From Gammaproteobacteria bacterium (GTDB lineage Bacteria; Pseudomonadota; Gammaproteobacteria; SZUA-229): a stretch of 64,000 nucleotides of DNA. Below the pieces are notes generated by a model. That model searched no databases. It was not told where the DNA came from and saw only the letters and a program-made list of their open reading frames with translations. Positions 40,297 to 49,241 of the stretch are shown here, in pieces; within the stretch, counting starts at the first letter, position 1, and each line of letters opens with the position of its first letter. The stretch covers positions 8,238-72,237 of the forward strand of contig JBFFSQ010000001.1 of NCBI GenBank assembly GCA_041572275.1. The letters are read 5' to 3'. A program made the translations under genes and the position numbers.

Positions 40297-41543
40297 CAAT
40301 CATGACAAAGACACAATCGCAAAATTCAAACTTTCTTTCTTTCGACGAAGCACTGGCTCGCATTCAACAGGGTGTTCATGCACTCAAAAGTCAACGCTCC
40401 GTCACTATCCGTGAAGCCATTGGCCGCGTTCTCGCAGAAGATGTTTGTTCGCCGATGGACGTTCCACCGTTTGTCAATTCAGCGATGGACGGCTATGCCG
40501 TTAACAGTAATGACCTACCCCAAACAGGTGAAGCCACATTCAAGGTAATCGGCAAATCATTTGCCGGAGCACCCTTCGATGGTGCAGTCAACACTGGTGA
40601 ATGCATCCGCATCATGACCGGTGCCGTGGTCCCAACGGGTGCAGATACTGTCATTATGCAGGAAGATACAAACCGTGATGGCGATACCATTAGTATTGGA
40701 GACCAACATAAGCCGGGACAAAATGTACGTCACCCTGGTGATGATTTTTCAGCCGGCGACACCATCATAAAAGCCGGTGAGCGTTTATCACCGGCCAAAC
40801 TCGGCCTGCTTGCGTCAGTAGGTGTCACTGAACTGAAAATAGTACGTACGCCAGTCGTTGCCTTTTTCTCCACAGGGGATGAATTAAAAAGTGTTGGCGA
40901 ACATTTACAGCCTGGGGATATATATGACAGCAACCGTTATATTTTATTCGGCATGCTAGAGAAAATGGGTGTGCAGTGTATAGATATGGGTGTGGTCCCC
41001 GATATAAAAGAACAGATTGAACTGACCTTGAAAGAAGCAGCAAGCTGTGCAGATATGATCATCACCTCCGGTGGCGCATCGGTAGGTGAAGCTGACTACA
41101 TAAAGCAGATTCTGGATGACATTGGTGAAGTCGATTTCTGGAAAATCGCGATGAAACCGGGTAAACCACTGGCATTCGGCAAAATCGATAACAAACTCTT
41201 TTTTGGTCTACCTGGCAATCCGGTATCAGCCATGGCTACCTTTTATCTGTTCGTACAACCGTCATTAAAACTGCTGGAAGGTGAACAATCCGTTGACAAC
41301 ATCCAGTTGAAGGCGCGCTGTCTGAGCAAACTTAAAAAACAACCCGGCCGAAAGGACTACCAGCGTGGAGTATTAAGTAGTAATGAGCAAGGTGAGCTGG
41401 TTGTCGACACCACCGGTATCCAGGGCTCACACATGTTGAGTTCAATGTCTAAAGCTAACTGTTTTATTGTTTTAGCGCGCGAATCTGGGGACATTGAAGC
41501 CGGAACACTGGTGGATGTTCTGCCATTTAATGAATTAATTTGA
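40293..41543 (+). CDS. moeA: Molybdopterin molybdenumtransferase
   Basis: 416 aa carrying MoeA signatures (FVNSAMDGYAV, GGASVGEADY). It overlaps mobB by 4 nt. Confidence 0.9.
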   Translation: MTIMTKTQSQNSNFLSFDEALARIQQGVHALKSQRSVTIREAIGRVLAEDVCSPMDVPPFVNSAMDGYAVNSNDLPQTGEATFKVIGKSFAGAPFDGAVNTGECIRIMTGAVVPTGADTVIMQEDTNRDGDTISIGDQHKPGQNVRHPGDDFSAGDTIIKAGERLSPAKLGLLASVGVTELKIVRTPVVAFFSTGDELKSVGEHLQPGDIYDSNRYILFGMLEKMGVQCIDMGVVPDIKEQIELTLKEAASCADMIITSGGASVGEADYIKQILDDIGEVDFWKIAMKPGKPLAFGKIDNKLFFGLPGNPVSAMATFYLFVQPSLKLLEGEQSVDNIQLKARCLSKLKKQPGRKDYQRGVLSSNEQGELVVDTTGIQGSHMLSSMSKANCFIVLARESGDIEAGTLVDVLPFNELI

Positions 41544-41647
41544 ATCGATTACCACTGCCCTAATAATGTGCACACAAATAATGCAGAATGTTGATCATCT
41601 TTGATCATTTAAGCATTGTATTCATTAAAAACAGTTTATTAAGCCAT

Positions 41648-41684
41648 AAAAAAAGCCGTTCTCATAACTGAGAACGGCTTTTCT
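41648..41684. terminator. Bidirectional rho-independent terminator
   Basis: An A7 run, then gccgttctc-ataact-gagaacggc (a 9-bp GC-rich stem), then TTTTCT. It lies between the convergent moeA and the histone-like gene. Confidence 0.65.
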
Positions 41685-41707
41685 ATGCCTGATATGAACA
41701 ATCGGCC

Positions 41708-42187
41708 TTATTTACGTTTTTTACGACGTTTTGTAGGCTTCAGTGATTTTTCAAGCTTGGCCATTTGCTGTTTAGTCCATTTTTCAACAAACTTGGCAAC
41801 AGCAGCTTCTTTAGCAGCAGACATTTTTAGAATCGCCTGCTCACGTTTTGCAGCCATCTGCAGCTCTGCTTTAGCAGCTTTCAGATCAGCCTGAACACCC
41901 GCAATTTTATCTTTTATCGCCTTTTTAGCTTCAGCGGCTTTTGCAGCAGCTTCTTTGCGTTTAGCTGCAGCTTCTTTTTTCTTCGCGACTGCGGCTTTTT
42001 TCTTTGCGGCTGCTGCGGCTTTTTTCTTGGCTGCTGCAGCTTTTTTCTTCGCTGCTGCGGCTTTTTTCTTCGCTGCTGCACCTGAGGTTGATTTCTTAGC
42101 GGCTACTTTTTTCTTAGTCGCTACTTTTTTCTTCGCTACAACTTTTTTCTTAGCAGTTACTTTTTTCTTCGCTTTTGGACGGGCCAT
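41708..42187 (-). CDS. Histone H1-like, Lys/Ala-rich nucleoid-associated protein
   Basis: 159 aa. The N-terminal two-thirds are KKKVxAKKK / AAAKKKAAA repeats. The C-terminus is a predicted coiled coil and ends in a basic tail (KRRKKRK). The composition resembles AlgP/PhaF-type histone-like tails. Confidence 0.7.
   Translation of the reverse strand: MARPKAKKKVTAKKKVVAKKKVATKKKVAAKKSTSGAAAKKKAAAAKKKAAAAKKKAAAAAKKKAAVAKKKEAAAKRKEAAAKAAEAKKAIKDKIAGVQADLKAAKAELQMAAKREQAILKMSAAKEAAVAKFVEKWTKQQMAKLEKSLKPTKRRKKRK
41940..42170 (-). repeat. Tandem 27-nt (9-codon) repeats inside the histone-like gene
   Basis: The unit gctgctgcggcttttttcttcgct recurs with small variations and encodes KKKAAAAAK-type units. 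Such arrays are a substrate for copy-number variation. Confidence 0.6.
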
Positions 42188-42318
42188 GTTTAATCCTCAT
42201 GATTAGGTTATGAGGGGATTATAATTCTTATTTTTCGTTTTACAAATAAATCAAGCATTTATTCTGCATTTTTTTAAAGTTTTTTAATTTTTATTCATAT
42301 TTTTTTAAATTTATGAAC

Positions 42319-42349
42319 AAAAAAACCTGGAACAGGGCCCAGGTTTTTA
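42319..42349. terminator. Putative rho-independent terminator downstream of the outer-membrane-protein gene
   Basis: An A7 run, then acctgg-aacagggc-ccaggt, then TTTTT, read in the minus-strand direction. The stem is short (6 bp) so confidence is modest. Confidence 0.4.
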
Positions 42350-42381
42350 AAATGTAATAAATAATTTGTAATTAATTTAAA

Positions 42382-43509
42382 TCAAAAACGGAATCCTGTT
42401 TGTACAAATGCACCTAAAGAGTCATCTTCACCCACAACAACCGCTGCATCTAAATGAAAGCCTAACCAGAGACCTACACCGGCAGAAATCAGATCTGGAT
42501 CATCCGTACCACTGGCGATATTGGTCTGATAACCGGCGCGAAGTTGCATAAAATCAAGAACATTAAACTCGGCACCCACCGCCATCATCTGTGATGGTGA
42601 ATCATTGATACTCACAGGGTCGATTTCTGTTAAGTCCATATCAGCTGAAATAGTCAGGAAACTGGTATGAAAAGAAGCACCAGCACGGACATGCGTATCA
42701 AAATCAAATGTATTGAAACCATCAGAAACTGATTTCTCAATCAGGTTTTTGGCTACAACACCCACAGTCAGTGTATCCAGCACATCAATCGCAACGCCGG
42801 CGTCCACTGTGGTAAAACTACCAAGATCTGACTCAACAGCATCTGAAATCGCGTTACCAGTATCCACAATATCGATAGACTGATTAAAGTAAACTGAGTC
42901 AACCTGTACTGTCTTCGGTGTTACACCCAATGCGATTTCCATCCCCAGAACCGAGAGTTTGGTGGCAAAAGACACACCGATTTCCTGAGCAGAATAACCT
43001 AATGCACGAAATTCACCTTGTGGTGCTGACACACCTGGTACACCTGGCACTGTTTCAAGATAGAAACCATTCGCCTGAGCGACTCCATGATAAGAAAATC
43101 CCATAGTAAAATTATCACCGGCAAAAACCAGAGCGGCATTCCCCGTTGCTGTCGCCTGCAAACCTGTACCATCTAATTCTGCAGCGATAGCAATCATTTG
43201 GTTGATATCACTAATAGTAGGCGTAGTAATATTGCTTAAGACCTGAAATTCATCAATCAAATCTACCATACCGCCAGTATCCACCACCTGCACACCCACA
43301 GCCGGGACTAATAAAGCAAACGAATCATCTTTTTCATTGATTGCCAGCATCGCAGGATTTGAAAATGCAGCCGTAGTAATACTACCGGTGGCGACACTGG
43401 TATTACCCATAGCGACTGAGCGTGCATCAAAAAAGCCATAGGGTACGGCTGATGCTGTTGAAATACTCGCAGCTACTAAACCAGCAGCCAGTAGACTTTT
43501 CCTAAACAT
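42382..43509 (-). CDS. Outer-membrane beta-barrel protein, FadL/TraF_2-like
   Basis: Signal peptide (MFRKSLLAAGLVAASISTASA), then PYGFFDARSVAMGNTSVA and a C-terminal aromatic residue (...GFRF), consistent with an OM barrel. I take the second ATG (43509) as the start because it has a perfect aggagg SD; the track begins 33 nt upstream. Confidence 0.6.
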   Translation of the reverse strand: MFRKSLLAAGLVAASISTASAVPYGFFDARSVAMGNTSVATGSITTAAFSNPAMLAINEKDDSFALLVPAVGVQVVDTGGMVDLIDEFQVLSNITTPTISDINQMIAIAAELDGTGLQATATGNAALVFAGDNFTMGFSYHGVAQANGFYLETVPGVPGVSAPQGEFRALGYSAQEIGVSFATKLSVLGMEIALGVTPKTVQVDSVYFNQSIDIVDTGNAISDAVESDLGSFTTVDAGVAIDVLDTLTVGVVAKNLIEKSVSDGFNTFDFDTHVRAGASFHTSFLTISADMDLTEIDPVSINDSPSQMMAVGAEFNVLDFMQLRAGYQTNIASGTDDPDLISAGVGLWLGFHLDAAVVVGEDDSLGAFVQTGFRF

Positions 43510-43881
43510 AGGAACCTCCTGATAAAATATTTTATTATTCAATATTGCTATTGAGTCTATATCAAATTAGCTCGAAAACAAGAAATTACACCGACGCTGG
43601 AAAATTTCATTACCGGCTTTCCTGATTGTTTTTTTGTTATCATTTAAATTGCGATTCACTCATGCGAAACATTATGAATATGCTCTGAATGCTCTCACTC
43701 AATTGACATATATGATTTAAGGCTTTCATCCTTTAGAATTACTCGATATGCGTCATGTGAACAAGCCTTCACACGATACTACGCAGCACACTGACTTATC
43801 ATCGAATCAGTAATGATCTGCATATAATTAATTCAATGTCCGATTAACTTTATAGCTTGCTTATGGGTAAAATATCCCAAT

Positions 43882-44352
43882 ATGAGTCACATTTCTACAC
43901 ATATTCCACCTGTTAGCCTGATTAAACGCCTGCTAACCATCGTCTATGACCTGTTATTGCTGCTAGCAGTACTCTTTATTGTCGGTACGGTGATTGCTGC
44001 AGCGGCCACTATGTTGTTAAACGATGGCCATGCCATTACAGAAGAACATGAGATATACACCATCTATCAGATAATTGTACTCATCAGTCTGTTACTCAGT
44101 AGTTTTGTATTTTTTGGCTGGTTCTGGACACATGGCGGACAAACTCTGGGAATGAAAACCTGGCGCGTGAAATTACTGACCTGTGATGGTTCACCGGTGA
44201 CCTGGAAAATAGCCGCCATTCGTTTTATGACAGCACTAGTGTCCTGGTTAGTGTTTGGCCTGGGCTTTATCTGGTCACTGGTGGATAAACAGAAACGCAC
44301 CTGGCACGACCTGGCTTCACATACAGTGCTGTTGCAGATGGATAAGTCGTAA
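43882..44352 (+). CDS. RDD-family membrane protein
   Basis: 156 aa with an RDD-domain pattern (R...WTHGGQTLGMKTWRVKLL...KRTWHDLASHTVL) and 3 TM helices. Confidence 0.7.
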   Translation: MSHISTHIPPVSLIKRLLTIVYDLLLLLAVLFIVGTVIAAAATMLLNDGHAITEEHEIYTIYQIIVLISLLLSSFVFFGWFWTHGGQTLGMKTWRVKLLTCDGSPVTWKIAAIRFMTALVSWLVFGLGFIWSLVDKQKRTWHDLASHTVLLQMDKS

Positions 44353-44358
44353 GTTTTT

Positions 44359-45420
44359 TTAATGCACACGCCGAATCGCCAGTAAACCGGCAATGGCGAC
44401 TAACATCACAGGAATGGCGGCACTAAAGAAAGGGTACACGCCATAAATTTGTCCCAGGTGATTAATGGTGCGGTTCAGCATAAAGAAGCCAATTCCCAGC
44501 AATAAGCCAACCAGGATCCTGAAACCTGACCCCCCACTGCGTTGAGAACTGAATATGAAGGGCAAGGCAATCAACAACATCACCAGGCTGGATATGGGTG
44601 TCATCACTTTTATCCAGAATGCCAGCTGATAATGACTGGCATCGAGCTGGTTATCTTGCAGATACTTGCTGTAAAGGTATAAATCGATCGCCGACATAGT
44701 GGCAGGTTTTACACTCACCACTGTAAACAGTTCCGGATTCAATAATTCAGGCCAGTCCAGTGTTTTCAGTGACTCACTGGACACTTTTCCATCGCTGAAG
44801 ATACTGCGCTGTACTCGTTTTAGTTGCCAGCTGCCATTGACATAGCGAGCGGCATTGGCGTGAACAATCTGTTTCAACTGATTATTTTTATCCAGCTGAT
44901 AGATTTTCAAATTGCCTAACTGATAATCCGGATAGACACGGCCAACCTGGATATAATTCATGCCATCACGCGCCCAGAAGCCATGCTTACCCAAAGAAAT
45001 ATTCTGTTTGAGTGATGTCGTACGAATAGTCTGCGCTTCGCGCTCACTGAGGGGCACCAGAACCTCACCAGTCACCGCAACTAAAATCACCAGCACCAGT
45101 CCAGCCTGTAATACCGAACGCACAATGCGGAAGATAGAAACACCGGCCGCACGCACCACAATTAGTTCACTGTTACCTGCCAGCATACCCAGACCCAGCA
45201 GGCTACCCAGCAGTACTGCTGTTGGAAATAATTCATACAGACGTTTAGGTAAGCTCAACAACACATACAACGCTGCTTCAGTGACGCCGTACTGACCTTT
45301 GCCGACATCATCGATCTCACCTACAAAATCAACAAAAGCCAATAAGGCTCCCAGCACCATCAATGTCATCAAGGTACCGGAGATAACCGTTTGGGCAATA
45401 TAGCGATCCAGTATTCTCAT
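44359..45420 (-). CDS. lptG: LPS export ABC transporter permease LptG
   Basis: 353 aa beginning MRILDRYIAQTV..., YjgP/YjgQ family, overlapping lptF by 4 nt. Confidence 0.9.
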   Translation of the reverse strand: MRILDRYIAQTVISGTLMTLMVLGALLAFVDFVGEIDDVGKGQYGVTEAALYVLLSLPKRLYELFPTAVLLGSLLGLGMLAGNSELIVVRAAGVSIFRIVRSVLQAGLVLVILVAVTGEVLVPLSEREAQTIRTTSLKQNISLGKHGFWARDGMNYIQVGRVYPDYQLGNLKIYQLDKNNQLKQIVHANAARYVNGSWQLKRVQRSIFSDGKVSSESLKTLDWPELLNPELFTVVSVKPATMSAIDLYLYSKYLQDNQLDASHYQLAFWIKVMTPISSLVMLLIALPFIFSSQRSGGSGFRILVGLLLGIGFFMLNRTINHLGQIYGVYPFFSAAIPVMLVAIAGLLAIRRVH

Positions 45421-46535
45421 GTGTTTTCTAATCGAGCAGGTTTAAACAAAAAGCGTCGGACACCACCGGCACGGATAAACAACCAGAACACAATCACCAG
45501 GAACAACAAACCATGTACCCACCACATCCCCAGTGTGAGTGATACTGTGCCATTTTCTATCCAGGTCTGCGCCACACTCAACAGGTTAGTAAAAATCAGG
45601 TAAATAAAAATAGCTGGCGCCAGTCGTGAATAACGGCCTTTTCGAGGTTTGGTATAACTCAGTGGCAACGCCAGCATGGCCAACAGAAAAGTCGCCATAG
45701 GTATCGACAAACGCCATTGAAATTCAGCCTGATGATAACGGTCACTCGAATTCCAGATCATTTTGGTCGGCAGAGCACTACGGTCTGTTACCCGTTTATC
45801 GAAAACCTTGTCATCATCAAGATAAACACCGTGCTTTTCATATTGAATGATTCTGAAGTCGCGTGTTCCCGGTGTACCTGCATAATGTTGGCCATGGCTA
45901 AACAGAATAAACTTCCGCCCTTCTTCGTCTTTATAACGATGAGCCCGTGCAGCAGTTTCGATATCAATCACATTGACATCTTTTTGGTGTAAAAAGATGT
46001 TTTCCATAGAGCGCCGATCATCAGACTGCTTCTCAAGAAACATAATAGCATTACCATCCTGTGCCTCATTAAAACGCCCGGCAATCAGTCCACTCAATTC
46101 CGAACGACTTTCTATTTCGGCCTGCAGGGCTTTATGCTTGTGTGACAAATCAGGAATTACCCACATCGTCATGACCAGCATAAATAAAGATGCCGGTATC
46201 ACAATGATCAACAGGGGACGGTAAAATCGACTAATACCAAAACCGCAAGCAGCCAGCACCGCCATTTCATTATCTTTATACAAACGACTAAAGGTAAGCA
46301 ATACCCCAAGATACAAACTCAGCGGCACCACCAGGATCAGATAACGGACACTGATTATAATCATGAAGGTGAACACAGCATCTTCCGGAATCAGGCCCTC
46401 AGATGCCTGACCCAGTAACCGGGCCAGGGTACTGCTGAGCAAAATCAACATCAGCACGAGCGATACAGCCAGCCATGTCTGTAACAACTCGCGGGCCACA
46501 TAGCGGTCAATAATAGAAAAATATCGTGTTAGCAT
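45417..46535 (-). CDS. lptF: LPS export ABC transporter permease LptF
   Basis: The start MLTRYFSIIDRYVARELL matches the LptF N-terminus. The track's TTG start at 46589 is probably too long. It is divergent from pepA, as in E. coli. Confidence 0.9.
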   Translation of the reverse strand: MLTRYFSIIDRYVARELLQTWLAVSLVLMLILLSSTLARLLGQASEGLIPEDAVFTFMIIISVRYLILVVPLSLYLGVLLTFSRLYKDNEMAVLAACGFGISRFYRPLLIIVIPASLFMLVMTMWVIPDLSHKHKALQAEIESRSELSGLIAGRFNEAQDGNAIMFLEKQSDDRRSMENIFLHQKDVNVIDIETAARAHRYKDEEGRKFILFSHGQHYAGTPGTRDFRIIQYEKHGVYLDDDKVFDKRVTDRSALPTKMIWNSSDRYHQAEFQWRLSIPMATFLLAMLALPLSYTKPRKGRYSRLAPAIFIYLIFTNLLSVAQTWIENGTVSLTLGMWWVHGLLFLVIVFWLFIRAGGVRRFLFKPARLENT

Positions 46536-46795
46536 GGATATTGTCTGATTTTTTTCAGTCAGTGGCTTATTTAAGCCCGATTCAATCAATTAATTGCACA
46601 TTTTACGCTGTTTTGAATATTTTTTTTCATAACAATCTGTATATCAACGTCATCTTTGCATAAAATCCTTACCAAACAGCATAAACAGGCTCTTAGAGGA
46701 AGGTTGATGTCTTACCAGGCTGTTATCTGAATCCGAATCTAATTGATCGATTCATCTTAATTTATTACAGGCACATATAAAATAATGGAGCCATT

Positions 46796-48304
46796 ATGGA
46801 ATTTTCGGTAAAAAGCGGCAGCCCTGAAAAACAACGCATTTCCTGTGTTGCTGTCGGTATTTTTGAATCGCGTAAGCTATCACATTCTGCACAAATACTG
46901 GATGAAGCCAGTGACGGCTATATTGCCAACCTTATTCGCCGTGGCGAATGTGAAGGTAAAGAAGGTCAAACCCTGTTGCTTCATAATGTGCCAAACACCC
47001 TGTGTGACCGAGTATTACTCATCGGCTGTGGTCGTGAAAAGAACTTTGACACTAAAGCCTTCCTGCAGGCCAACAGTACGATCGCAAAATTCCTTGATGA
47101 CCGTGGTGCCACTGAGGTTTTCTCCTGCCTGACCGAACTCAATATTAAAAACCGTGATGCGGCCTGGAAAGTCAGCCATGCCGTACAGGCGACCGAAGAG
47201 GCTCTATATCGTTTCGATCAGTTAAAAAGCAAGAAAGAAAACACCCGCCGACCACTGCGCCGTGTCATATTCAGTGTACCCAGTCGGCGCGAATTACCCG
47301 ATGGTGAACAAGCCGTCCGCCAGGGTATGGCGATTGCCTCCGGTATCACCCTGAGCAAAGACCTGTCGAATTTACCGGGTAATATCTGTACTCCGACCTA
47401 TCTGGCAGAACAGGCTAAATCGCTGCAAAAGACCTACCGAAATCTAGCCGTAAATGTGCTTGAAGAAAACGACATGGAAAAACTCAAAATGGGGGCCCTG
47501 TTGTCGGTATCACGAGGCAGTCGTCAACCCGCCAAGCTGATCACCCTGGAATACTCAGGTGGCGATGACGAACAGAAGCCCGTAGTTCTGGTCGGCAAAG
47601 GTGTCACCTTTGACTCCGGTGGTATCAGCCTGAAACCCGGCGCCCAGATGGATGAAATGAAATATGACATGTGCGGTGCCGCCAGTGTTATTGGTACATT
47701 GGCTGCCTGTGCAGAACTACAACTACCGATTAATGTCGTTGGTATTGTACCGTCGACTGAAAATCTGCCGGACGGTCTGGCTACCAAACCCGGTGATATA
47801 GTCACCAGCATGTCGGGTACAACCATCGAAATACTCAACACCGATGCGGAAGGTCGACTCATTCTGTGTGATGCACTCACCTATGCGCAGAAATTTGATC
47901 CTGACGTGGTGATTGATATCGCCACCTTAACCGGCGCCTGCATCATTGCACTGGGTAACCACCCAGCGGGTCTGTTAGGCAACCACAATCCACTGATCAA
48001 TGATTTACTGAATGCTGGCAAAACCACCGGCGACCGTTGCTGGGAGTTACCCTTATGGGATGATTACCAGCAGCAACTGGACAGTAACTTTGCCGATGTG
48101 GCTAATATTGGCGGGCGTGAAGCAGGTACCATAACCGCTGCCTGCTTCCTGTCACGCTTCACCAAGAAATATCACTGGGCGCATCTCGATATTGCTGGTG
48201 TTGCCTGGAAGTCGGGCAAAGACAAAGGAGCCACCGGTCGCCCTGTACCATTATTGATGCAATATATTTTCGACCGCGTCACTGAACTGGAATCGAATAA
48301 ATAA
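46796..48304 (+). CDS. pepA: Leucyl aminopeptidase (cytosol aminopeptidase)
   Basis: 502 aa with the M17 signature NTDAEGRL and pepA-holC-valS synteny. Confidence 0.95.
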   Translation: MEFSVKSGSPEKQRISCVAVGIFESRKLSHSAQILDEASDGYIANLIRRGECEGKEGQTLLLHNVPNTLCDRVLLIGCGREKNFDTKAFLQANSTIAKFLDDRGATEVFSCLTELNIKNRDAAWKVSHAVQATEEALYRFDQLKSKKENTRRPLRRVIFSVPSRRELPDGEQAVRQGMAIASGITLSKDLSNLPGNICTPTYLAEQAKSLQKTYRNLAVNVLEENDMEKLKMGALLSVSRGSRQPAKLITLEYSGGDDEQKPVVLVGKGVTFDSGGISLKPGAQMDEMKYDMCGAASVIGTLAACAELQLPINVVGIVPSTENLPDGLATKPGDIVTSMSGTTIEILNTDAEGRLILCDALTYAQKFDPDVVIDIATLTGACIIALGNHPAGLLGNHNPLINDLLNAGKTTGDRCWELPLWDDYQQQLDSNFADVANIGGREAGTITAACFLSRFTKKYHWAHLDIAGVAWKSGKDKGATGRPVPLLMQYIFDRVTELESNK

Positions 48305-48305
48305 A

Positions 48306-48746
48306 ATGTCACGCGTGGACTTTTATATCCTGTCAGATGACAACACGGCCAGCTTACAGAAATTTGTCTGTAAACTGGCCGAAAAAGCCTGGCTACAGGG
48401 CCAGCGCATTCTGATTCAGACCAGTGCACCAGATGAAAGCCAACGTATCGACGATATGCTGTGGACCTTCAGGGATGGCAGTTTTATTCCCCATGCGACT
48501 CTGGAAGATAGCATGACGGATGACAGCATTAAGGCCCAGCCTATATTGATCAGCCACTCAGCTGATACCGGCGGTGATTACCAACTGATGATTAACCTGT
48601 CGCCTCATACGCCCGCTCAAGTCGGCCAATTTGAGCGTATTGCAGAAATCGTCAACCAGGAACCGGGACGTAAACAGGCCAGTCGTGAACATTACAAACG
48701 CTATCGTAACGAAGGTTATGAATTGCATCACCACGAAATAAACTAA
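48306..48746 (+). CDS. holC: DNA polymerase III chi subunit
   Basis: 146 aa beginning MSRVDFYILSDD...; chi family, located immediately after pepA. Confidence 0.85.
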   Translation: MSRVDFYILSDDNTASLQKFVCKLAEKAWLQGQRILIQTSAPDESQRIDDMLWTFRDGSFIPHATLEDSMTDDSIKAQPILISHSADTGGDYQLMINLSPHTPAQVGQFERIAEIVNQEPGRKQASREHYKRYRNEGYELHHHEIN

Positions 48747-48748
48747 TT

Positions 48749-49012
48749 ATGAGTAACGTCAAAGACCGCATCCCGACCCTAACTGACATTATCGAAGCTG
48801 GCGACCCTGAGATGGAAAACCACTTTGATGGCTCGTATTTCGAGCAAACAATGACTCAAGAAATATCGCGCAATAAGCAGGCGGACTTGAACGAACTACG
48901 CGAACATATCGAAGCTATTGTCGCCGAAACCCTACGTGACACCCTGCCGATGATTGAAGAACAACTCAAGCAGCAACTTACAAAAAAAATCCTTCAACAG
49001 CTGGATAATTGA
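48749..49012 (+). CDS. Hypothetical acidic protein (87 aa) between holC and valS
   Basis: Intact ORF starting 3 nt after the holC stop. A small ORF in this position is also present in Pseudomonas. Confidence 0.45.
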   Translation: MSNVKDRIPTLTDIIEAGDPEMENHFDGSYFEQTMTQEISRNKQADLNELREHIEAIVAETLRDTLPMIEEQLKQQLTKKILQQLDN

Positions 49013-49241
49013 TAATTTCCAGGCTCTGCGGCTCATTCATCAACCAGTTATAGCCATAACTACCCCACTGTCACTATGAAACTGAACACTATGGTGTTTA
49101 GTCAGCTAAGCAACCTCATCAGGTCCGATTCAAGTATCTCGTGACACTTTCTTTTCCTACGGCAATTAACCTCCCCACTACGCCTCACTCCCTACATACG
49201 GTATAATCCGGCTTCTTTTTTCTACTAATATCTAAGCTGGC

